From: an uncultured Flavobacteriales bacterium
Lineage (GTDB): Bacteria > Bacteroidota > Bacteroidia > Flavobacteriales_D > CAJJDF01
NCBI GenBank assembly: GCA_938009745.1
Contig: CALLII010000003.1
Span: 3,126 to 67,125 of the forward strand
Length of the DNA: 64,000 nucleotides
Reading direction: 5' to 3'
Shown: piece by piece, positions 9,793 to 18,829 of the stretch
How positions within the stretch are numbered: position 1 is the first letter of the stretch
Layout of the letters: each line of letters starts with the position of its first letter
The notes under the pieces: generated by a model
Database searches by the model: none
Seen by the model: the letters and a program-made list of their open reading frames with translations, nothing else
Told to the model about the DNA's origin: nothing
Translations under genes and position numbers: made by a program

Positions 9793-10926
9793 ATGTCTCA
9801 AACTAAAAATCGAATTTATGTATCGGTTTCCAATGATTTATTCTCGGATATGAGAGTAGATAAAGTTTGTAATACATTAGTTTCAATGGGATTTGAAGTT
9901 TACTTGGTTGGAAGAAAATTACCATCAAGCTTACCACTCACAAAAAGAAACTATAATACAAAGCGATTAAAACTTCTATTAAAAAAAGGTGCTTTGTTTT
10001 ATGCAGAGCTTAACTTTAGATTGTTTTGGTATTTAATTTTTAAAAAGCATACTGTGCTCTTGGCTAATGATTTGGATACATTACTCGCAAATAGATGGGT
10101 AAGTAAACTTAAAGGATCTCAATTAGTATATGACTCACACGAATATTTTACAGAAGTACCTGAATTAATTGAAGGCTCATTTGCCAAAAATACTTGGCTT
10201 AAGATAGAAAAGAAGATATTTCCTAAATTGGAAAGAGTTTATTCCGTTTGTGATTCAATAGCTGATATCTATTCCAATAAATATAAAGTAGATGTTAAAG
10301 TGGTAAGAAACATTCCTAGGAAGCACAAAATAAAGAAGTATAAAACCAGAGCTGAACTGGGATTGCCAGAAAACAAGAAAATATTACTCCTACAAGGAGC
10401 AGGAATAAATTTAGATAGAGGATCAGAAGAAATGGTTGAGGCTATGAAATATATGCCAGAAGAGTATTTATTTGTAATAGTAGGAGGAGGAGATGTATTT
10501 GAAAAGCTTAAAGAAATTATTGCAACAAATAAACTTGAAAACAAGGTTTTGATAAAAGGTAAAGTACCTTATAAAGAATTGATTCAATATACGTATCAGG
10601 CAGATTTAGGACTTTCTTTGGATAAGAATACAAACTTGAATTACGAGTTTTCTTTACCTAATAAATTGTTTGATTACATTCATCACGAAACTCCAGTTTT
10701 GGCTTCTAGCTTAACTGAAATAAGAAAAATTGTAGAAGGACATGAAGTAGGGTGGATTCTTCAAAATCATAATCCTGAGACAATTGCTAACCAAATTCAA
10801 GGAATTTTTGCCAATGAAAGTGATTATTTAGCAAAGAAAGAGAACACTAAGTTAGCAGCAGAAAAGCTAAATTGGGAAAACGAAGAATTAGTACTAAAGG
10901 AAATTTATAGTGGTTTAATACAATGA
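9793..10926 (+). CDS. Glycosyltransferase family 4 protein
   Basis: GT-B fold pattern with a C-terminal E-x7-E-like region (LPNKLFDYIHHETPVLAS). Confidence 0.8.
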   Translation: MSQTKNRIYVSVSNDLFSDMRVDKVCNTLVSMGFEVYLVGRKLPSSLPLTKRNYNTKRLKLLLKKGALFYAELNFRLFWYLIFKKHTVLLANDLDTLLANRWVSKLKGSQLVYDSHEYFTEVPELIEGSFAKNTWLKIEKKIFPKLERVYSVCDSIADIYSNKYKVDVKVVRNIPRKHKIKKYKTRAELGLPENKKILLLQGAGINLDRGSEEMVEAMKYMPEEYLFVIVGGGDVFEKLKEIIATNKLENKVLIKGKVPYKELIQYTYQADLGLSLDKNTNLNYEFSLPNKLFDYIHHETPVLASSLTEIRKIVEGHEVGWILQNHNPETIANQIQGIFANESDYLAKKENTKLAAEKLNWENEELVLKEIYSGLIQ

Positions 10927-12053
10927 TTTCAGTAATAAACATAGTGGCTTTTGATGTGCCTTTTCCAGCAAATTATGGAGGAGTAATTGATGTATTTCAT
11001 AAAATAAGAACATTTCATCAGCTTGGAGTAAAAGTTCATTTGCATTGTTTTGAATATGGTAGGGGAGAGCAACCAGAGCTTGAAAAGTATTGTGAATCTG
11101 TTTCGTACTACAAACGAAAATCATCTTGGACTTTTGCTTTATCAAGCAAGCCATATATTGTGGTAACAAGAAAATCTAAAGAACTTAAAAAGAATTTATT
11201 AAGTAATGATTTCCCTATTCTATTCGAAGGTTTACATACTTGTTTTTTATTGAATGATACTGATTTAAAAGACAGAATAACAATTTACAGAGAAAGTAAT
11301 ATTGAACACAGATATTACAATCATTTAGCAAAATCGGAAGTAAACTGGATTAAGAAAATCTACTTAAATATGGAAGCCAGAAAATTAAAAAAGTTTGAAT
11401 CTACGGTTGAAAAAGCCTCAATGAATTTCATTGTTTCTGAGACTGATTATCATTATTTCGAAATGAAATATGGAAAGCTAAGCAATCATTTTATTCCTAG
11501 TTTTCATGAACATAATGAAGTTTTAATTCCCGAGGGATTGGGCAAGTTTGTTCTGTATCATGGAAATCTTTCAGTTTCCGAAAACTATGAAGCAGCCCTT
11601 TATTTGATACGAAATGTATTTTCTGTGATTAAAGTTCCATTTATTATTGCAGGGTTAAATCCTCCAGAATTCTTAGAAAATGAAGTGAAAAAGCATCCAC
11701 ATATTTCCTTAATTGCCAATGCAAGCCAAGAGAAAATGACTGAGTTATTGGAGAATGCTCAAATTAACTTTTTATACACCAATCAGGCTACAGGGCTAAA
11801 GCTTAAATTACTAAACGTTTTGTATCACGGAAGGCATTGCTTGGTAAATTCCAAAATGGTAGAAGGAACAACTTTAGATAAAATTTGCAAAGTAGAAGAC
11901 TCTGTAGATAAACAAATTGTACTGGTAAAACAGCTAATGGAAATGCCAATTGGCCTTGATGATAAAATTAAACGAATAGAAGTTTTATCTGAAAACTACT
12001 CCAATATTGGGAATGCTAATAAAATGTTTGATGCTATTAATAATTCGAAATAG
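10923..12053 (+). CDS. Glycosyltransferase (GT-B, mannosyltransferase-like)
   Basis: ATGA stop/start overlap with the upstream GT4 gene. N-terminus INIVAFDVPFPANYGGVIDVF is typical of this Bacteroidota GT family. Confidence 0.65.
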   Translation: MISVINIVAFDVPFPANYGGVIDVFHKIRTFHQLGVKVHLHCFEYGRGEQPELEKYCESVSYYKRKSSWTFALSSKPYIVVTRKSKELKKNLLSNDFPILFEGLHTCFLLNDTDLKDRITIYRESNIEHRYYNHLAKSEVNWIKKIYLNMEARKLKKFESTVEKASMNFIVSETDYHYFEMKYGKLSNHFIPSFHEHNEVLIPEGLGKFVLYHGNLSVSENYEAALYLIRNVFSVIKVPFIIAGLNPPEFLENEVKKHPHISLIANASQEKMTELLENAQINFLYTNQATGLKLKLLNVLYHGRHCLVNSKMVEGTTLDKICKVEDSVDKQIVLVKQLMEMPIGLDDKIKRIEVLSENYSNIGNANKMFDAINNSK

Positions 12054-13503
12054 CCACCATCAATTTTTCTAGCTTTTTTGTTACAACTGAATTGTAGCAG
12101 GTGTAATTGTTTACAATTACCGCAAAAGCTAAATTCTTTCCGCTTTTACTAGTCACGTATCCTGCGTAGCTTTTTACACGAGTCATTGTACCACTTTTTG
12201 CTCTTAATCGGCCTTCTGCATAGGTTTTTCTTCCAATGCGGTACATTGTTCCAGATTTACCTGAAATTGGCAAAGAGGAATAAAAAGACTTGTAGTTTTT
12301 GCTAGTAACCATATAATCTAACATAGAAGTTAAATGATTAGCAGAAATAGCATTCATTCTCGACATTCCGCTTCCATCACTCACATACATTCCATCAGTA
12401 TTTATATGTTTACTCCAAAAGCTTTTAACAGCTCTTGAACCTGAGTAGTTATTACCTTCATTGTAAGTGTTTTTGCCCATTTCATTCAGTAAATGTTCAG
12501 CAAATAAATTAATACTTCTATGGTTAGTTTGGTAAGCAATTTGTCCAATATCAGGTGATTTATAGTCATAAAAACTAGTTCGTTCATTGGTATTTGTTTC
12601 ACCACTTATCGCCATTAACCTTAATGTTGTTGATGACTCAGCAACATTCACTCCTACTAATTTTAAATAAGTTTTAAGATCATATGCCACCTGGAATGCA
12701 GGGTCAGAAAGAGATGCTTTTACAATAAATTCGTCTTTTCCTTTAGGAATTGTACCTTCAATTTTTCGGTAATTAGAATATGGAGCCGAATAAATATAGG
12801 CTTTATCGCTATTGATATTTGAAGCTCTTACAAAATTATCAAACTTAAGGTTTGGAGAATAGGGGATTACCTTTTCAATTGTAGTTGTGTCTCCATCATT
12901 TGCTCCGGATTTAAAATAAAGGTTTGCTGTATTATCAAAAACCGACAATCCATTTGGTCCAGCTCCATAATAGTTCCCAATATCTCCCCAAAGCCAAGAG
13001 GTTGGAATGGTGTTATACGAGTAATAACTTGCGTCACCAATTATTCTTCCAGTTACGGAATCAATTCCTAGTTTTTTTATTTCTTGTGCAAAAGCCATTA
13101 AAAAAGCTGTTTGTTGCTCGTCTTTTTTCAAAAAATACTTCGAACCTAAAGTTGGGTCTCCTCCGCCTTTTATAAAAATATTTCCATTAAGAATACCATT
13201 GGAATCGATAGTTCCGTCATACTCTAACATAGTAGAAAACCTTTTATAAGAGCCTAACTGAACTAAAGCTGCTGCAGTAGATACAATTTTCATTGTACTT
13301 GCAGGAACTAAACTATTATTAGCATTATGAGCTGCAATTTCTGAATCACTATCTACATCTATAACTCTAAAACTTATACTTGCATTCTTTAAATCATTAT
13401 CAGCAAGTATGGTGTTAAAGGTATTCATTACATTATTTTGAGAAAATGAATATAAAGAAATGACAATAAGTAAGTTAGCAGTTAAAATTTGTTTAAATTT
13501 CAT
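12037..13503 (-). CDS. dacB: D-alanyl-D-alanine carboxypeptidase/endopeptidase (PBP4, S13 family)
   Basis: The three PBP motifs are present: SxxK (ASTMKIVS), SxN-like (SDGSGMS) and KTG-like (AKSGTM). A signal peptide is present. Confidence 0.85.
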   Translation of the reverse strand: MKFKQILTANLLIVISLYSFSQNNVMNTFNTILADNDLKNASISFRVIDVDSDSEIAAHNANNSLVPASTMKIVSTAAALVQLGSYKRFSTMLEYDGTIDSNGILNGNIFIKGGGDPTLGSKYFLKKDEQQTAFLMAFAQEIKKLGIDSVTGRIIGDASYYSYNTIPTSWLWGDIGNYYGAGPNGLSVFDNTANLYFKSGANDGDTTTIEKVIPYSPNLKFDNFVRASNINSDKAYIYSAPYSNYRKIEGTIPKGKDEFIVKASLSDPAFQVAYDLKTYLKLVGVNVAESSTTLRLMAISGETNTNERTSFYDYKSPDIGQIAYQTNHRSINLFAEHLLNEMGKNTYNEGNNYSGSRAVKSFWSKHINTDGMYVSDGSGMSRMNAISANHLTSMLDYMVTSKNYKSFYSSLPISGKSGTMYRIGRKTYAEGRLRAKSGTMTRVKSYAGYVTSKSGKNLAFAVIVNNYTCYNSVVTKKLEKLMVAISNY

Positions 13504-13786
13504 TTTATAAATATTTATTTAAATGTAGGAGTTTGTTTTTTAAAATCGTTTTGATTTATTCAATTATTATACCAACTCTATTGTTAATGAATTTTAAGCA
13601 CATGTTTTTATTTAAAAAAACAATTTGTTAAGTACTGTTTTCTTATCGTAAAATTTGTTAGTTTTATCCTAATGAGATTAAGATTATATGTGTTGGCATC
13701 ATTTTTGGATATTTCACTCCGTGTAAGAAAAAAAGGATTTTACTTACTTTATAATGTTTAATTAATAACTTTAAAAAACAAAAACA

Positions 13787-14257
13787 ATGAAAAAAATAAT
13801 TGGAATAGTAGGAGCTTTAGCTCTAATTATCGGATTAACAAGTTTTACCATAGCTAGTAATAAAGCTGCAAGTGGTGATGATTTAATCGGGCTTTGGCAA
13901 CCTAGTAATGGAAAAGCTAGAGTTAAAATAGAAAAAATTGGGAAAAAGTATTATGGAAAAATTGTTTGGTTAAAAGAACCAATTGATCCTATTACAAAGA
14001 AACCAAAAGTAGATAAAAATAATCCTGATGAAAAATTAAAAAATGTACCATTAAGAGGGTATAGATTACTTAAAGATTTCGTTTACTCAGATAAAAACGA
14101 ATGGAGTGATGGAACAATTTATGATCCAGAAAGTGGAAGTACTTACAGTTGTGTAATTAACAAAGATGGTGATGTACTTAATATCAGAGGATATGTTGGA
14201 GTTAAAGCTCTAGGTAGAACTGATGTTTGGAAAAGAATTAAATTAAAGAAAAAATAA
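13787..14257 (+). CDS. DUF2147 domain-containing protein
   Basis: Signal peptide plus GLWQPSNGKARVKIEK.GKKYYGKIVWLKEP and GTIYDPESGSTYSC, typical of DUF2147. Confidence 0.8.
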   Translation: MKKIIGIVGALALIIGLTSFTIASNKAASGDDLIGLWQPSNGKARVKIEKIGKKYYGKIVWLKEPIDPITKKPKVDKNNPDEKLKNVPLRGYRLLKDFVYSDKNEWSDGTIYDPESGSTYSCVINKDGDVLNIRGYVGVKALGRTDVWKRIKLKKK

Positions 14258-14266
14258 AAAAAACTT

Positions 14267-15376
14267 ATGTCTATAATTTTTAAGTCACTATTCCTAGGAA
14301 CATTGTTCCTAGGAATTAGTTATTCGGCAACAGCCCAAAACGATACCATAGTAGAGGATGAGGAAGATTATAGCATGTATGATGATGTAGAAGATGTAGG
14401 TCAAATAACAACCTATTGCAGTCCCAAAATTTTTGATTTAAGTCCTAATAGATTTATCTCTATAGGTCATGATTTTGCTGCAGCTGGAAAACTGACTACT
14501 TCTCAAGAAGGAAATTATGCACCTGATTCTGTTGCAGGAAACACAACTACAAGTGGAAGTGTATTTTACAATGGATTAAGAATAAATGCTAATATTCCTG
14601 TGGTATCTAAATCAAGTATTGTTTGGCAAATGGGTGGAGGTATTAATCAAGCTCGATTTAATGCACAGAATATAGATACCGGAGATCACAGTAGGTTTAT
14701 AGATGAATTAGAAAAAGGGCTTACAAGCGTAAATCTTAACACAACAATCTTTAAGCCTTTAGGAGAAAAGAATTTTTTAATTCTACAGGTAATGGGAGAG
14801 TTGAATGGAAATTATACTTTCAAAAACTCAAGATCAATTCCTAAGCTAGAGAATACAAGACTTTCTTCTACATTGCTATGGGGAAAAAGACCTCATGATA
14901 GATTGCAATGGGGAATTGGTTTATCTAGAACTTTTAGGGCTGGTGAACTTAACTATATCCCTATAATTATGTATAATTATACTTCTAAAAACAGAAAATG
15001 GGGAACAGAAATACTATTTCCTGCAAAAGCTGCTTACCGAAGAAAGTTTAACCCAACAAATATTTTATTAGTAGGATATGAGCTAGAAGGTTCTACTTAC
15101 AGACTGTATGATACGGAGTTTAACGCCCAAAATTTGGAATTAAGACGAAGTGAAATTCGTTTTAGATTAGATTACCAAAGACAAATTAAAGGTTTTTATT
15201 GGATGGGACTTCAAGCAGGTGTAATAGCTAATTACTCATTTAACGTAGATGATTTAACAGCAACTGATAACAAAGAATTCTTCAGGGGATTTTTTGGAGA
15301 GCAGACGTTCACTTTCCTTAACGGAATGAGCCCAATGCCTTATGTAAGTATATCATTTAATCTAGTGAGCTTGTAA
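14267..15376 (+). CDS. Hypothetical outer-membrane (beta-barrel-like) protein
   Basis: Signal peptide ending in ATAQ, then alternating hydrophobic strands. It lies 9 nt downstream of the DUF2147 gene. I recognise no family. Confidence 0.5.
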   Translation: MSIIFKSLFLGTLFLGISYSATAQNDTIVEDEEDYSMYDDVEDVGQITTYCSPKIFDLSPNRFISIGHDFAAAGKLTTSQEGNYAPDSVAGNTTTSGSVFYNGLRINANIPVVSKSSIVWQMGGGINQARFNAQNIDTGDHSRFIDELEKGLTSVNLNTTIFKPLGEKNFLILQVMGELNGNYTFKNSRSIPKLENTRLSSTLLWGKRPHDRLQWGIGLSRTFRAGELNYIPIIMYNYTSKNRKWGTEILFPAKAAYRRKFNPTNILLVGYELEGSTYRLYDTEFNAQNLELRRSEIRFRLDYQRQIKGFYWMGLQAGVIANYSFNVDDLTATDNKEFFRGFFGEQTFTFLNGMSPMPYVSISFNLVSL

Positions 15377-15399
15377 ATAGCTTTAACAATCAAATTATT

Positions 15400-15432
15400 A
15401 ACTCTTTGCTTAATTGCAAAGAGTTTTTTTTT
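15400..15432 (+). terminator. Rho-independent terminator after the DUF2147/barrel operon
   Basis: Stem CTCTTTGC (15402-15409), loop TTAATT, stem GCAAAGAG (15416-15423), then a run of 9 T. Confidence 0.7.
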
Positions 15433-15535
15433 GGAATGAACTTTAGTAATAGTTTTAATGGATGCATAATTATCTTTTTTTGATTGAAAAATAATAAGTG
15501 ATAATTGAAGTATTCAAATTTCATTATATTAAACA

Positions 15536-17617
15536 ATGAAATTTTGGCAAAATCATCCTGGGATAAGATTGGTATTTCCTTTTGTACTTGGAATTATTGG
15601 GGCAGTAAGTTCACAATTAAATAATAGTTTTGCCCTATATTTCGCTATAGCTCTATTGTTTGTTTTCGGAATTACAATTTATTTCTCAAGTTTTAAGTAT
15701 CGTAAATTAAGCGGAATAATCATTCACCTTTTATTATTTTTTGTTGGTTTTCAATACACAATTCAAAGAACAGATAAGTTCAAGGACACACATTATTCGC
15801 AATTTATCAATCCTAACGATTACTTGCTAGTAAAGGTTTGCGACAATTTGGAAGAGAAAGAGAACTCTTATAAAACCATACTTGAGGTTAAGCAAATTGT
15901 TTCAGACTCTAACAGAATAGTATCTGGAAAAATACTAGCCTACTTCAAAAAAGGAATTAAAACTACTAGTATAAAATATGGAGATGAACTGCTAATAAAG
16001 AATAAGTTGAATGGAGTAGGAGGTGCCAGAAATCCTAATCAGTTCGATTACAAACATTACTTAAATATTAATCAGATAAACTCTCAGGTATTTTTAGATT
16101 CAGTTTCTTGGCAGCAAACAGGAATTAATTCTGGAAATAACTTAGTAGCTTTTTCCCAAAAGATGAGACAAAAATTATACAGCTACTTATCTGAAAATGG
16201 AATAGTTGGAGATCAGTTGAAAGTAGCATCAGCACTTTTACTAGGTTATCGCGAAAATTTAGATAAAGACTTAGTAAAGTCTTATTCGAGTGCAGGAGCA
16301 ATGCATGTATTAGCTGTATCTGGGCTTCATGTTGGAATTCTTTATTTGCTTTTGGCAAATTTGCTAAAAGTTTTTTCTAAAATTAAGAATAGCAAAATAT
16401 TGATTGCACTAATATTAATTTCAATCCTCTGGTTTTATGCTCTTATGACTGGAATGTCTGCATCAGTTATGCGATCAGCCACCATGTTTACATTCATTAT
16501 TATTGGCGATAAAATAATTGACAGAAAAGGCTCTATTTACAACACTCTTGCTATTTCTGCCTTGGTTCTTATTCTCATAAATCCTTTTATCATTTACCAA
16601 GTAGGATTTCAATTGTCTTATTCAGCAGTTTTGGGTATTGTCTATATTCAACCAAAGCTGTACAAATTGATTTATGTAAAGAACATATTTCTACAAAAAG
16701 TATGGGCAATTACTTGTGTTTCTATTGCTGCTCAAATAGCTACATTCCCTTTAAGTCTTCATTATTTTCATCAGTTTCCAGTCTATTTTTTTATCAGTAA
16801 TTTAATTGTTATCCCAGCAGCAATAGGGATTTTTTATTTGGGAATATTTTTATTTGTTACCGCTCCTTTCGGTGGGCTTTCACTAGTTATTGGTAAAGCT
16901 ATGAATGGAATTATTTGGGTGTTGAACCAAGCGATTTATATTACCGAGAAAATGGCATATTCGCTTATAGAAGAAATTGCCATCTCATTTAATGAGACTC
17001 TTTTACTTTACGCGATAATCATTTCATATTTAGCTTCTTTGGTTTACCGAAAAGTAAGGTTAATATACGTTACAGGTATCCTAACTATTCTGTTTCTTGG
17101 CATTCAACTTAACGAACAATATCAATCTACACAGCAAGCTAATATTACTTTTTACTCCATTAATAATGAAACTGTTTTTGAGTTTGTATCAGGTAAAAGC
17201 ACTTATTTTATAAGTAGTAATAAATTGAAAGAAGACTGGAGTAGCATGCTGTTTAATGTTAACAATAATTGGAACAACCAGAATATAACTAACAAAATTT
17301 ATTTTGATATTGATAGTCTACCTATTGATTTTGAGGATGATCATCTAATGATATATAAAGGTGTTTTTACTTTTAATGATAAAAGAGTTAGAGTATTAGA
17401 TAAAGACAATGTTAATTTTAAATCTGCTGATTTTACTTTAGTAACTAAAGAAAATATAAAGTTGATTAATAAATTAACTCCAAGTCTTAATGAAAAAATA
17501 ATATTTGATAGCTCAATAAAGCCTTACAAAGCAAATTATTACCTTAAATATTTAGACACAGCTAATATGAATTTCGTGTATTTAGATAAGAAGTCCTATT
17601 CAGTTAAAGTAGATTGA
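15536..17617 (+). CDS. comEC: ComEC/Rec2 family competence protein (C-terminal domain lacks metallo-beta-lactamase ligands)
   Basis: Polytopic competence domain (SAGAMHVLAVSGLHVGILY; MSASVMRSATMF). The last ~170 aa contain no HxHxDH motif. Confidence 0.85.
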   Translation: MKFWQNHPGIRLVFPFVLGIIGAVSSQLNNSFALYFAIALLFVFGITIYFSSFKYRKLSGIIIHLLLFFVGFQYTIQRTDKFKDTHYSQFINPNDYLLVKVCDNLEEKENSYKTILEVKQIVSDSNRIVSGKILAYFKKGIKTTSIKYGDELLIKNKLNGVGGARNPNQFDYKHYLNINQINSQVFLDSVSWQQTGINSGNNLVAFSQKMRQKLYSYLSENGIVGDQLKVASALLLGYRENLDKDLVKSYSSAGAMHVLAVSGLHVGILYLLLANLLKVFSKIKNSKILIALILISILWFYALMTGMSASVMRSATMFTFIIIGDKIIDRKGSIYNTLAISALVLILINPFIIYQVGFQLSYSAVLGIVYIQPKLYKLIYVKNIFLQKVWAITCVSIAAQIATFPLSLHYFHQFPVYFFISNLIVIPAAIGIFYLGIFLFVTAPFGGLSLVIGKAMNGIIWVLNQAIYITEKMAYSLIEEIAISFNETLLLYAIIISYLASLVYRKVRLIYVTGILTILFLGIQLNEQYQSTQQANITFYSINNETVFEFVSGKSTYFISSNKLKEDWSSMLFNVNNNWNNQNITNKIYFDIDSLPIDFEDDHLMIYKGVFTFNDKRVRVLDKDNVNFKSADFTLVTKENIKLINKLTPSLNEKIIFDSSIKPYKANYYLKYLDTANMNFVYLDKKSYSVKVD

Positions 17618-18828
17618 GAATTCATTCTTTTATTTCTTAGATAAAAGAAAATCATTCCAAATAATCCTAATACAATAAGTGCAACCGATATGATTTCGGC
17701 TTGTGTCAATCCGTTTCCATATTCTACGTTTACTCTTATTCTTTCAATAAATAATCTTTCAGCCCCTGTAAATAATACATATAAGCTAAATAGCATCATA
17801 GGTACATTTATCTTTTTTCTTAAATTCCAAAGTACTGCGAATAAACCAAAACTCATTATCATTTCATAAATAGGAGTAGGGTAAACAGGTGTTGCTAACT
17901 TATGGTTGTAATCTGGAAAAATGCTATTTGCTATTTCTATCCCTTCATTATTTATGTTGTTTGGGTAATCATAAGCCCACATCCAATCGGGTAAAAATCC
18001 CATCCAGTCTGGTTTAGGGTTCAAGTTGTCAATTCCCCAATCTCCATCACCAGCTAACTGGCAACCAACTCTCCCTAGCCCATAAGCTAATAAAACTGTA
18101 GGCCCTAAAGAGTCTAGATAATGAGGGATACTTAATTTATTTTTCCAGAAGTAATATATATTACCAAATACAGCTAATATAACACCTCCATAAACTGTTA
18201 ACCCATTATATAAATGAGAAATACTTGCAACAGGATTCTTTACAATTTTTCCTTCAACAACTATTGTAGGTTGATTTTTCCAAGCATCAAAAAATTCGCT
18301 TATTAAAGCTGGCTGTTCCAAAGTTGCAAATATTAAAGCACCACCAATTCCTCCTACAATACCAATAAGTGTAATGTTTCCCATGTGTTCATGAGGTCTA
18401 AAATCAATTTCCTTTTCAATAGGTGTTTCAAGCTTTTCTTTGTTAGCTTCCCAATATTTCCAAGCAGCCATTCCTAATCCTACTAGTATACCTGCTACTA
18501 AATTACCTTTGGTAGACATTAAAAATCCTACGAAATCTCCAAAAATAGATGAATCCATGAATAATGGAATGAATTTAAATCCAATGATAAATCCATAAAC
18601 TCCATTTATAATTAAATCTATAATACTAGCTGGTTTACCAACTATTATAGTCTTTTTTTGGGACTTCATTAGTCCAAGTCCTTCTCTTCTTTTGAGCTCT
18701 TTTGCACCAAAATAATTAGCTGCCAAAAAACCAATTCCAATCCAAAAACCCAACATAGGAATTATTCTTAGGAATTCGATTTCTATTCCCATTGCACCTT
18801 TAAAAAAATGATAAAGAGTTGGATACAT
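17596..18828 (-). CDS. lgt: Prolipoprotein diacylglyceryl transferase (long Bacteroidota form)
   Basis: GLGRVGCQLAGDGDWG corresponds to the GRxGNFxNGELxG region of Lgt and YPTPIYEMI to HPSQLYE. The protein is polytopic. Confidence 0.8.
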   Translation of the reverse strand: MYPTLYHFFKGAMGIEIEFLRIIPMLGFWIGIGFLAANYFGAKELKRREGLGLMKSQKKTIIVGKPASIIDLIINGVYGFIIGFKFIPLFMDSSIFGDFVGFLMSTKGNLVAGILVGLGMAAWKYWEANKEKLETPIEKEIDFRPHEHMGNITLIGIVGGIGGALIFATLEQPALISEFFDAWKNQPTIVVEGKIVKNPVASISHLYNGLTVYGGVILAVFGNIYYFWKNKLSIPHYLDSLGPTVLLAYGLGRVGCQLAGDGDWGIDNLNPKPDWMGFLPDWMWAYDYPNNINNEGIEIANSIFPDYNHKLATPVYPTPIYEMIMSFGLFAVLWNLRKKINVPMMLFSLYVLFTGAERLFIERIRVNVEYGNGLTQAEIISVALIVLGLFGMIFFYLRNKRMNSQSTLTE

Positions 18829-18829
18829 A

